From Candidatus Enterousia sp. (lineage in GTDB: Bacteria; Pseudomonadota; Alphaproteobacteria; Rs-D84): 64,000 bases of DNA. Made by a program: the position numbers and the translations under genes. Each line of letters starts with the position of its first letter. Within the stretch, counting starts at the first letter, position 1. The DNA is taken from NCBI GenBank assembly GCA_045645645.1, contig JAZRJE010000016.1, forward strand, positions 30,153 through 94,152. Reading direction: 5' to 3'. Below, in pieces: positions 18,105 through 26,672 of this stretch. The notes beneath the pieces are model-generated. The model was not told the origin of the DNA, did no database searches, and saw nothing but the letters and a program-made list of their open reading frames with translations.

Positions 18105-19163
18105 TTATATAGTATCAAAACTGTTTATAAATATTGCTGAACCTGCGATAATTATTAATGGTGGTGCAATAATTGCTAAGGCAGGTGGCAGAATGCCAGT
18201 TGCACCCAATGCATTAAACATATTGGTTAAGAAGTAAACAGCAAAACATGTAATTATGCCAATGCTGAATTTTACCCCGAAACTGTAATTGCGTCGTTGT
18301 TTTGTTTGTGAAAAAGCAACCCCTAATGTTGCCATTGCAATCATGGTTATGGGTAAAAACAGTAGTGTCCATAGTTGTACTAAATGGCCGCGAACAGGTA
18401 CACCGATATTGGACATTTTTTCAATAAATTTGGGTAGTTGCCAGAACGATATCTGGTCTGGTTGCAAATATCTGTCAAGTACGGTTTGTGGGGTTATCAT
18501 GGTTGTAATGTGCCAATCAGTTTTTGTTTTGTTTTGGTCGCTGCTCCAGACTGTTGCATTGCTGGCGCTTAGACCTTCGTCAGATAGGCAAACCGTTTGT
18601 GCTGTTATGTGTTCTGTTAGTTTAAAAGATGAATCTTGTAAAAATACTGTACTGTTTTCAAATAATAATATATTGCCAGATTTGTGCATGGCGTCCGCGT
18701 TTAATGTAATGAAGCCTGATTTTGATGCTTCTCGTAACCAGATTTGATTGTCGACTAATTTAAGGTGATTTGGTGTTATGTTTTTTGCGCTGATGCTGAC
18801 AGAATATGGGTTTATCAATGTCGTTGCAACAATACCGATTATTGCAGCACCAACAAAAAATGGGCGCGTAGATTGGTATGGGGAAAGACCTGCGCTGGAT
18901 ATTATAATGCCTTCGCTGGATTTGGTAAGGTTGTATGAGGCCAAAAGAGTGCCCATAAATACCGCTAGTGGTAAAAATAATGGAACGTATTCTAATAATC
19001 GTACCCATGATTCGTATAATGCAGCTATCGCTGTTGGGTTGGATGGTAAACGCTCAACGAATGTAACAGCTAAAATGATCCCGCATACAACAAGCATTAC
19101 CAGAAAGAAACCGCTAAAAAAGCGACGTAGTAAAAATTTGGTCAAAATATTTATTCTAAACAT
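18105..19163 (-). CDS. LPS export ABC transporter permease, LptF/LptG (YjgP/YjgQ) family
   Basis: 352 aa. Topology is 3 TM, then a periplasmic beta-jellyroll-like insert, then 3 TM. N-terminal ILTKFLLRRFFSGFFLV pattern is typical of the family. Confidence 0.75.
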   Translation of the reverse strand: MFRINILTKFLLRRFFSGFFLVMLVVCGIILAVTFVERLPSNPTAIAALYESWVRLLEYVPLFLPLAVFMGTLLASYNLTKSSEGIIISSAGLSPYQSTRPFFVGAAIIGIVATTLINPYSVSISAKNITPNHLKLVDNQIWLREASKSGFITLNADAMHKSGNILLFENSTVFLQDSSFKLTEHITAQTVCLSDEGLSASNATVWSSDQNKTKTDWHITTMITPQTVLDRYLQPDQISFWQLPKFIEKMSNIGVPVRGHLVQLWTLLFLPITMIAMATLGVAFSQTKQRRNYSFGVKFSIGIITCFAVYFLTNMFNALGATGILPPALAIIAPPLIIIAGSAIFINSFDTI

Positions 19164-19254
19164 ATTATGTGAATTATAGCTTGCTTATTTCCTAATTGCA
19201 AAATTAAAATGAATTCTTATAATCATGGGTGAAAAATATATATGAGGATACATC

Positions 19255-19725
19255 ATGGAAAAAAAACCAATATCACGTACGGGTTTTGATAATTTGATTA
19301 AGGAATTAAAAGATTTAAAGGAAAATCAGAGACCTGAGATATTAAAAACTGTACAGTGGGCAAGGTCGTTGGGGGATTTGTCCGAAAATGCAGATTATAG
19401 TGCTGCAAAAGAAAAACAACGACAAATAGACAAAAGAATCCAGTTTATAGAGGGTGTTATAGAAAATGCAGCTATTGTAGATGTAGAGTCTTTGACTGGA
19501 AACCGTGTGGTGTTTGGTGCGCGTGTTACCGCAGAGGATGAAGATGGCAATATTATGCAATGTCGGATTTTGTCTGATATTGAATCTGATGGACGTACGG
19601 TAATTTCTTGTACGTCACCTGTTGGACGTGCGATGATTGGTCGGTGTGTTGGTGATACGTGTGTGGTTAAATTGCCAAGTGGCGAAAGAGAATATGAAAT
19701 TTTAGAAGTAAAGTTCAAGGATTAA
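19255..19725 (+). CDS. greA: Transcription elongation factor GreA
   Basis: ISRTGFDNLIKELKDLKENQRPEI...ARSLGDLSENADYSAAKEKQ (acidic coiled-coil tip) and the C-terminal S.SP.G.A.iG motif (SPVGRAMIG). Confidence 0.9.
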   Translation: MEKKPISRTGFDNLIKELKDLKENQRPEILKTVQWARSLGDLSENADYSAAKEKQRQIDKRIQFIEGVIENAAIVDVESLTGNRVVFGARVTAEDEDGNIMQCRILSDIESDGRTVISCTSPVGRAMIGRCVGDTCVVKLPSGEREYEILEVKFKD

Positions 19726-19742
19726 AAGTATAAGTTAAAGTA

Positions 19743-21521
19743 ATGTCTGTACGTGTTTTGCCCGATTTTTTAATTAACCAAATTGCCGCAGGAGAGGTGG
19801 TAGAAAGGCCTGCTAGTGTGGTGAAAGAACTGGTGGAAAACGCATTGGATGCGGGGGCGGATCAGATAGTTATAGATGTTGTTGATGGAGGGCGTACCTT
19901 AATTAGTGTGATTGATAATGGGGCAGGTATGTCGTGTGATGATCTGCAAAGGTCTGTTATGCGTCATGCGACATCTAAGTTGCCAACGGATGATTTGTTA
20001 AATATTAATTTTATGGGGTTTCGAGGTGAGGCACTGCCGTCTATTGCGTCGGTATCAGATATGGAAATAGATACTTGCAACGGTATAGATTCAAATGGTT
20101 GGCATTTGGATTGTAATACCATGGTGGTAAAACCATCAGACTGGGATTCTGGAACACGTATTCGGGTTCGAAACTTGTTTGGGCGTACACCTGCAAGATT
20201 GAAATTTTTGCGAGGCGATAGGGCAGAATTGATGTCTGTGTTAGAAGTTGTAAAGCGTTTGGCGATGGCGCGTACAGATGTCGGATTTGTGCTGAATAAT
20301 AAGTGGCGTTTTCCAAAAGGCCAAGATTTGTTAGAACGTATCATAGCAGTTATGGGCGATGATGTGCGTGATCGTATGTTGGATATAGATGCGGAGTCAA
20401 TATCCAATTCAGGTTTAAAGCTGTCTGGTTTTATTTCAGAACCGACCTTGCGTCGCGCGTCTGGTATTGATCAATATTTATTTGTAAATGGACGTCCTGT
20501 TAAGGATAAGGTTTTGGTTGGGGCCTTGCGTGCTGCGTATATGGATGTTATGCATGCGCGTGAATTTCCGCTGTGTGCGTTGTATTTAAATATGGATTCA
20601 CATGCAGTGGATGTCAATGTGTCGCCAGCTAAGACGGAAGTGCATTTTCTGGAACCGTCACATGTTCGCGCTTTTATGATTAAGACGTTGCGTAATAAAT
20701 TAGCACAAACAATGGTTCAGGTTGCGCCAGAACAACCTGTTTTGGCGAATATTAATCGTGATGCTAGCTTGCGGGAAGCAAGTGATAAAAAATCTACGTT
20801 TGTTTTTAGGACAAATGAAGTTGCGCCTGCAAAGTTTGATTTTGGTCTGATACCTGGGGCATTTAGGGTCGCATCAAGGTCTTTTCAGGATACGCAAATT
20901 TCCCAGAAACAAAGCGTACAGAATGATTTAACTGTCTCTGATGTGGCGGGTGAAGTTGATTTGCCGTTGGGACGTGTTGTAGGGCAAATTTGTAATAGGT
21001 ATATTGTTTCACAAACTTCTGATGCGATGATTGTTGTTGATCAGCATGCTGCACATGAACGTATAACGTATGAAAAGTTGCGTAATCATGCGATAAAAAG
21101 TCAACCTTTGTTAACACCAATTATTGTTCATGTTCGTGAAGAAGATGTTGTTGCGATATTATGTGTGGCTGATGAAATGAGAGCGTCTGGCTTGTATGTT
21201 GATGCTTTTGGTGATGACGCGGTAGCTATTTTTGAAAAACCAGCTGATTGGGATTTAGATTGGGAAAATTTAATGAAATCAATATCTGATGAAGTTCGAT
21301 CTAATGGACATTCGTCGCAATTGCATGAAAAATTGCATTTAAAACTGGCGAATTATGCGTGTCATCATTCTGTGCGGGCGGGACAAAAATTAGACTATAA
21401 TCAAATGGATGCTTTGTTGCGTGATGTTGAAAATACGCAGCGGGCGGGACAATGTAATCATGGGCGGCCTGTTTATAAGGTTATTCCGTTGACGGAAATT
21501 GATGTGTGGTTCGAAAGGTAG
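19743..21521 (+). CDS. mutL: DNA mismatch repair endonuclease MutL
   Basis: LPDFLINQIAAGEVVERPASVVKELVENALDAGA (GHKL ATPase) and FMGFRGEALPSIASVS. The C-terminal endonuclease-type motifs DQHAAHERITYE and ACHHSVRAG are present. Confidence 0.9.
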   Translation: MSVRVLPDFLINQIAAGEVVERPASVVKELVENALDAGADQIVIDVVDGGRTLISVIDNGAGMSCDDLQRSVMRHATSKLPTDDLLNINFMGFRGEALPSIASVSDMEIDTCNGIDSNGWHLDCNTMVVKPSDWDSGTRIRVRNLFGRTPARLKFLRGDRAELMSVLEVVKRLAMARTDVGFVLNNKWRFPKGQDLLERIIAVMGDDVRDRMLDIDAESISNSGLKLSGFISEPTLRRASGIDQYLFVNGRPVKDKVLVGALRAAYMDVMHAREFPLCALYLNMDSHAVDVNVSPAKTEVHFLEPSHVRAFMIKTLRNKLAQTMVQVAPEQPVLANINRDASLREASDKKSTFVFRTNEVAPAKFDFGLIPGAFRVASRSFQDTQISQKQSVQNDLTVSDVAGEVDLPLGRVVGQICNRYIVSQTSDAMIVVDQHAAHERITYEKLRNHAIKSQPLLTPIIVHVREEDVVAILCVADEMRASGLYVDAFGDDAVAIFEKPADWDLDWENLMKSISDEVRSNGHSSQLHEKLHLKLANYACHHSVRAGQKLDYNQMDALLRDVENTQRAGQCNHGRPVYKVIPLTEIDVWFER

Positions 21522-21585
21522 TATTTTCCCTTTACTTTTCTAGGTTTTTTTACTATTGTGCCAATATTAAATAAGGAGAAATTAT

Positions 21586-21900
21586 ATGGAACAAACAGCA
21601 GTTGTTGTCGATAATGTTGCACAAAATGCCGTCTCAACCCAACAGGGTAGTGTGTGGGGTATGGTGCTGTATTTAGTTGTTGTATTTGGGATAATCTATT
21701 TGTTGATGGTGCGTCCAAATAAAAAACGTATGGCTGAATATCAGAAAATGTTAGATGCTTTACAGGTGGGTAATCGTGTTATGGCCGCTGGTATTTATGG
21801 GATAATTAAAAAAATTAACGATAAAACAATTGAATTGGAAGTCGCAAAAGGCGTTGTTATTGAAGTGAATAAAAACGCTGTGGCGTCTGTTGAACAGTAA
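21586..21900 (+). CDS. yajC: Preprotein translocase subunit YajC
   Basis: Single TM, then LLMVRPNKKRMAEYQKMLDALQVGNRV....GIYG.I (YajC signature). Immediately upstream of secD. Confidence 0.85.
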   Translation: MEQTAVVVDNVAQNAVSTQQGSVWGMVLYLVVVFGIIYLLMVRPNKKRMAEYQKMLDALQVGNRVMAAGIYGIIKKINDKTIELEVAKGVVIEVNKNAVASVEQ

Positions 21901-21911
21901 AGGGTTTGGGT

Positions 21912-23468
21912 ATGTTTAAAAAACTGGCTATTATTTTCACAGCAGTATTTTGTGTTTTGTTGGCGGTGCCGACAATGGCGCCAAATTTAGCGCCTTATTT
22001 TCCGTCGTGGATTAAACCTGTGCCGCTGGGATTGGATTTAAAAGGGGGGGCGCAACTTTTATTAGAAGTTGATACCGATACAATGTTTCAGGAAAAAGCA
22101 GAACAATTGTATGAAGAAACACGAAGTGCATTAATTAATCGTGATAAGGGGGTTATTCGCTTCTCTAATTTGCGTAATCATGACGGTGTTGTGTCTATGA
22201 TTATTCGTGATGAAAACCAGGTTGGTGATGCAAAGGGACGTTTGAAAAGTACGTTTGGTAATACTGTTGATATTACATCCAGTGGAAAAACAATTACTTT
22301 GTCATATAGCGATGCTCAAAAGGCACAGATGACGAAAGATGCGCTGGCACGCAGTATAGAAATTGTACGTCGTCGTATCGATGCTTTGGGAACAAAAGAA
22401 CCATCTATTCAAAGTCAAGGTGGTAAGTATATTATGGTGCAATTGCCAGGTGTTGATAATCCAGAACATATTAAGCAACTGATTGGGCAGACTGCAAAAA
22501 TGACGTTTCATTTGGTAAATGAAAATGTTGCGCCTGATTTGGTTGCGGCAGGGCGTGCGCCAAATGGTACGGAAATATTACCATATATGGATATGCCAGA
22601 GCAAAAAGTGGCTGTTTATTCACGTGTAGAAGTGTCAGGTGAAGCGCTGAAAGATTCGCAGGCAGATTATGATCAAAATAATATGCCTGTTGTGACGACT
22701 GTGTTTGATGCAACTGGTGCACGAAAGTTTGCGCGTTTAACCACAGAACATGTAAATGAAAGATTTGCAATTGTTTTGGACGGCAAAGTTTTATCCGCAC
22801 CAACGATTCGTGAACCAATACCTGGTGGTCGTGGACAAATTTCTGGTGGATTTTCGCTGCAGGGGGCCAAAGATTTAGCTGTTTTGTTGCGTTCTGGGGC
22901 ATTGCCTGCACCGCTGACTGTTATCGAAGAACGTACCGTTGGTGCGGGTTTGGGGGCAGATACGATTGAACGTGGTAAAATAGGAGCAATTGTTGGGGTG
23001 ATATTTATCTTTATATTCTTAATATTCACCTATCGTATATTTGGGGTTTTGGCCAGTATTACATTGGTGGTTAATCTGGGGATGATCATTGGTTTGACGG
23101 CATTGTTCGGTGCAACGCTTACATTGCCTGGTATCGCAGGTATAGTTTTGACGCTGGGGATGGCTGTGGACGCAAATATTTTGCCGTATGAACGTATCAG
23201 AGATGAAGTTCGGGCAGGTGTTCCAACGTTGCGTGCTGTTAATATGGGGTTTGATCGGTCTTTGAAAACTGTCTTGGATGGAAATTTGACCACACTTATT
23301 TGTGCTCTTGTTCTGTTCCAGTTTGGCGCAGGACCAATTCGTGGATTTGCAGTTACGTTATCAATCGGTATCTTGACAACGTTATTTACGTGTGTATGGT
23401 TGGCCAAGGTTTTAATTGATTGGTATATGAACGGAAAGAATAAAAAGATTGGTTTTGTAAAACAATAA
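21912..23468 (+). CDS. secD: Protein translocase subunit SecD
   Basis: LGLDLKGGAQLLLEVD, a large periplasmic domain, and a C-terminal 6-TM bundle with LTLPGIAGIVLTLGMAVDANIL. ATG 21912; the track ORF starts at TTG 21906. Confidence 0.9.
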   Translation: MFKKLAIIFTAVFCVLLAVPTMAPNLAPYFPSWIKPVPLGLDLKGGAQLLLEVDTDTMFQEKAEQLYEETRSALINRDKGVIRFSNLRNHDGVVSMIIRDENQVGDAKGRLKSTFGNTVDITSSGKTITLSYSDAQKAQMTKDALARSIEIVRRRIDALGTKEPSIQSQGGKYIMVQLPGVDNPEHIKQLIGQTAKMTFHLVNENVAPDLVAAGRAPNGTEILPYMDMPEQKVAVYSRVEVSGEALKDSQADYDQNNMPVVTTVFDATGARKFARLTTEHVNERFAIVLDGKVLSAPTIREPIPGGRGQISGGFSLQGAKDLAVLLRSGALPAPLTVIEERTVGAGLGADTIERGKIGAIVGVIFIFIFLIFTYRIFGVLASITLVVNLGMIIGLTALFGATLTLPGIAGIVLTLGMAVDANILPYERIRDEVRAGVPTLRAVNMGFDRSLKTVLDGNLTTLICALVLFQFGAGPIRGFAVTLSIGILTTLFTCVWLAKVLIDWYMNGKNKKIGFVKQ

Positions 23469-23486
23469 ATGCAAAGGGGAAATGTT

Positions 23487-24350
23487 ATGAAACTGCATTT
23501 TATGAAATATCGTAATTTATCATACGTCATTTCAGCGGTATTGCTGGTGGTATCAGTGGTTTCGCTGATGGTGCGTGGATTAAACTATGGAATCGATTTT
23601 TCTGGTGGTATTTCGATGGAGGTAACACCAGTTGTAGAATCTATGACCATTGATAAGATGCGTTCCGAACTGTCGGAATTTAATCCAGAATTACAACAAA
23701 TTGATGGTAAGTCGATACTGATTCGTATTGGTTTGCCAAAAGGGGTGACAGATACGCAGCAAAATGAACGGGTGGCAGAGATAAAAAATATCTTGGGTGA
23801 TGATGTTCAGTATGCACAAGTACAAATTGTTGGACCAAAAATTGGTGGCGAATTGGTACAAGGTGGTATCCTTGCTATATTGTTCGCATTTTTGATGATG
23901 GCGGTTTATGTATGGGTTCAGTATCGTGGCGGATATGCTGTGGGTGCATTGGTATCTTTGGCCCTGGATTTTATGTTAATGTTTGGTTTTTATTCTGTAG
24001 TAGGGCTAGAGTTTAATCAGACAGCAATCGCAGTTATTTTGACTGGTATAGGTTATTCTATTAATGATAAGGTCGTAAATTATGATCGTATCGAAGAAAA
24101 TGTGAAAAAATATCATAAAATGCCAATGCCAGAACTGATTGATTTGTCTATTAATGAAATGTTCCGGCGTACAATGATGACAAGTGTTTCTACATTGTTG
24201 GCAATGTTGGGATTGTTCTTGTTTAGTGGAGAAGTCCTGCGCGAGTTCGCAATCGCAATGACGTTTAGTATTGTTATGGGAACGTTTACAAGTATTTATA
24301 TTTCTAACGTTGTTTTGTTAAACTTTGATTTGCGTGGGGAAAATAAATAG
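23487..24350 (+). CDS. secF: Protein translocase subunit SecF
   Basis: LNYGIDFSGGISMEV, GPKIGGELVQ, GYSINDKVVNYDRIEEN. ATG 23487 has SD AAAGGGGA; an alternative ATG at 23469 abuts the secD stop. Confidence 0.9.
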   Translation: MKLHFMKYRNLSYVISAVLLVVSVVSLMVRGLNYGIDFSGGISMEVTPVVESMTIDKMRSELSEFNPELQQIDGKSILIRIGLPKGVTDTQQNERVAEIKNILGDDVQYAQVQIVGPKIGGELVQGGILAILFAFLMMAVYVWVQYRGGYAVGALVSLALDFMLMFGFYSVVGLEFNQTAIAVILTGIGYSINDKVVNYDRIEENVKKYHKMPMPELIDLSINEMFRRTMMTSVSTLLAMLGLFLFSGEVLREFAIAMTFSIVMGTFTSIYISNVVLLNFDLRGENK

Positions 24351-24391
24351 TCTTTTAGTGCGTGTGTGTCGCATCAGCCAAGGGGGAAATT

Positions 24392-25900
24392 ATGAGAATG
24401 CTGAAAAAAATCGTAGTCTTGTTTGCCATATTTGGTATTGCTTGGGGTGCACACGCAGAAAGCTTGTTTTTTGAAGACGAACCTGTTCAAGATGGTATTC
24501 GTGTTTTTGATGTTTCTAAAAACTTCGCAGAAATATACCAAAAGTTGGACAGTATAAATTGGGCAGGTAAAAATATTAATATTGCTATTGAAAGTATCGA
24601 GAATTTAGATAAATCAGCACATGTTGCTGCGACAGATGAACGGGTCGTTCTGGTTTGGGGGGATGATATAATTGCAAATTATCCACGACCTGAGCCACGT
24701 GATTGGAAGGCGTTTGGTGAAATTACAACTGCTTTAATTTTGAAAATGCGTCAAGTAGATCCTTATTTGCGTGGTTTGTCTGAAAGTGCGATGTATCAAG
24801 CTGTTGTAGATAGTTTAATGCAGGGAATAGATGAAAAAGGACGTTACATATTTTCAACCGATGCGGAAATCGCAGAAGATGGACGCATTTTAACTAGTGT
24901 TGGATTGGAAGGTGTACGTGATAATCGGGGAAATTTTCGTGTAATCGGTGTTTTTAAGGATTCGCCAGCAGATGTGGCTGGTATTCGTGCGAATGACTTG
25001 ATTGTAAAAATCAATGGTGTGAATGTTGAGCGCATGACAGATGGTCAGCTGGGGGCTGTGATGTCTGGGTTTAATTCTGGTACATCTAAGGTACATTTGT
25101 TGTCCGCAAGTGGGGAACGCGACGTTGTTTTGCGACGCGCAACAGTAATTTTAGCAGATGCGGATGTTGTGCACCGTGATTCACGTGATACAGGGGGGAT
25201 TCTAGAAATAATATTGCATCGTATATCGAATAATGCGGTGGCAATAGTTAACGAAGCATTAGTAAGATATCCAGATATATCAGGAATTGTTTTTGATTTG
25301 CGTGCTGCAACAGGTGATGATGAAAAGGCTGCCGCAAAATTAGCAGGGTTGTTTATTGGGCAAAAACCAGTTATGCGTATAGCAGAAACTGCTATGGAAG
25401 AAGTTGAGGTTGTTCCAGGTGGTAATGCTGTAACGGATGTACCAATGGTTGTTTTAATGTCTAATATGACACAGGGAACAGCTGAAGCTGTGGTTGCAGC
25501 AATATATGAAAATCGGCGTGGTGTTTTAGTGGGGACGCCAACGGCTGGTAATGCACGTATTGCATCTCGTGTTGGGTTGAGTAATGGTGGTGCTTTAGAA
25601 TTGCTTAATAAATCCATAAAAACTGGAACAGGGCGTGCATTAGATGGACGCGGAATTTTTCCGATAGTATGTTTGTCTAATATTCGATCAACACAACAAC
25701 AGAATGCGTTTTTCTTGAATGTCTTGAATAACGATTTTCATGCCCAAGATTTTAATAAGGATTCCGCAATTGAACCTGCTGTTATAAGAAAGGGGTGCCC
25801 AGTTATTGTTAGTGGTTCAGATGAAGATGCACTGTCTGCGGCAGTAGCGGCTAAGATTTTAACAGATAAAAAAGTCTATAGTAGGTTAATCGCAGAATAA
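24392..25900 (+). CDS. S41 (C-terminal processing peptidase)-like protein with PDZ domain; catalytic dyad apparently substituted
   Basis: Signal peptide. PDZ segment GVFKDSPADVAGIRANDLIVKINGVNVERM. S41 core pattern IVFDLRAATGDD...VVLMSNMTQGTAEAVVAAIYENRRGVLVGTPTAGNA, where the canonical form is ..GSASASE....VGE.TFGKG. Confidence 0.65.
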   Translation: MRMLKKIVVLFAIFGIAWGAHAESLFFEDEPVQDGIRVFDVSKNFAEIYQKLDSINWAGKNINIAIESIENLDKSAHVAATDERVVLVWGDDIIANYPRPEPRDWKAFGEITTALILKMRQVDPYLRGLSESAMYQAVVDSLMQGIDEKGRYIFSTDAEIAEDGRILTSVGLEGVRDNRGNFRVIGVFKDSPADVAGIRANDLIVKINGVNVERMTDGQLGAVMSGFNSGTSKVHLLSASGERDVVLRRATVILADADVVHRDSRDTGGILEIILHRISNNAVAIVNEALVRYPDISGIVFDLRAATGDDEKAAAKLAGLFIGQKPVMRIAETAMEEVEVVPGGNAVTDVPMVVLMSNMTQGTAEAVVAAIYENRRGVLVGTPTAGNARIASRVGLSNGGALELLNKSIKTGTGRALDGRGIFPIVCLSNIRSTQQQNAFFLNVLNNDFHAQDFNKDSAIEPAVIRKGCPVIVSGSDEDALSAAVAAKILTDKKVYSRLIAE

Positions 25901-25910
25901 GGGTTTGATT

Positions 25911-26612
25911 ATGTTTTTAACAAATGATAATAAAATGATGTGGCGTCGGTTAATCTGGGCGACATTGATTACAGGGGTAATTGTCTTTGTGGGGGTATGT
26001 TGCTTAGATGTATATATATATATGATTGCAACTTATATTAGTAATTGGAATTTGTGGCATGTTATAGGTAAGGTTTTCGATGCTAAAAATTGGTTGATTG
26101 TTACATTTGTTGTTCTTGGTGGGTATGGTGTAAAAAGACTTGTAAAAACAATGCAATCAATACGGAATCATGAAATTCGCTTTAATTTGGTTGATGTTTC
26201 AAGAAATTTTTTTCTAAAGACCAAAACAAGCAATGCTTTTTTGATGTTTAGCAGTGTTTTTTGTGCTTGTTTGACTGCTTGGGGGTTGAAGATTTTAATT
26301 GCACGTTTGCGACCTGTGTTTGTTATGTCTGGTCAAATTCCAGAGTTTAATCGTTTTGCTTGGGAATGGCACTCAATGCCATCTGGACATACTATTGTTA
26401 CATTCGCTGGATTGGTTATGATAGGTATGTTGGCACCAAAGTTTAAACCGTTGACGTGGACTATTGCGTGTGTGGTTGGACTGTCGCGTATTTGTATTGG
26501 TGCACATTGGTTTAGTGATGTTATATTAGGGGCTTTTTTGGGGATGGTTATAGCAGATTTTATAAAATGCTTATTGTTAAAAAAAACGAAATCTGCTTTG
26601 GCTAATAGATAA
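25911..26612 (+). CDS. PAP2-superfamily membrane phosphatase
   Basis: Tripartite PAP2 motif: KILIARLRP, PSGHT, SRICIGAHWFSDV. Multiple TM helices. Confidence 0.75.
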   Translation: MFLTNDNKMMWRRLIWATLITGVIVFVGVCCLDVYIYMIATYISNWNLWHVIGKVFDAKNWLIVTFVVLGGYGVKRLVKTMQSIRNHEIRFNLVDVSRNFFLKTKTSNAFLMFSSVFCACLTAWGLKILIARLRPVFVMSGQIPEFNRFAWEWHSMPSGHTIVTFAGLVMIGMLAPKFKPLTWTIACVVGLSRICIGAHWFSDVILGAFLGMVIADFIKCLLLKKTKSALANR

Positions 26613-26656
26613 AAAACTGGTGATATATTTATCGCCTGTTTTTTTAGTGTAATTTG

Positions 26657-26665
26657 TGATAATAT
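26657..26665 (+). promoter_or_regulatory. Extended -10-like element TGATAATAT, 7 nt upstream of the ftsK ATG (leaderless candidate)
   Basis: TGTGATAATAT, then ACATACC, then ATG 26673. No SD. Confidence 0.35.
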
Positions 26666-26672
26666 ACATACC

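Noticed and set aside
25045-25617. Long antisense ORFs inside confident genes. These include 25045..25617, 42003..42560, 23030..23530, 6249..6755, 19964..20407, 49143..49733, 14903..15343 and 55168..55530.
   Set aside because: Each lies entirely, or almost entirely, opposite a strongly supported gene (S41 peptidase-like, gltX, secD, ruvC, mutL, dprA, serS, sufT). Their translations are low-complexity or S/T/P/I-rich, as is typical of shadow frames, and none has an SD or a family match.
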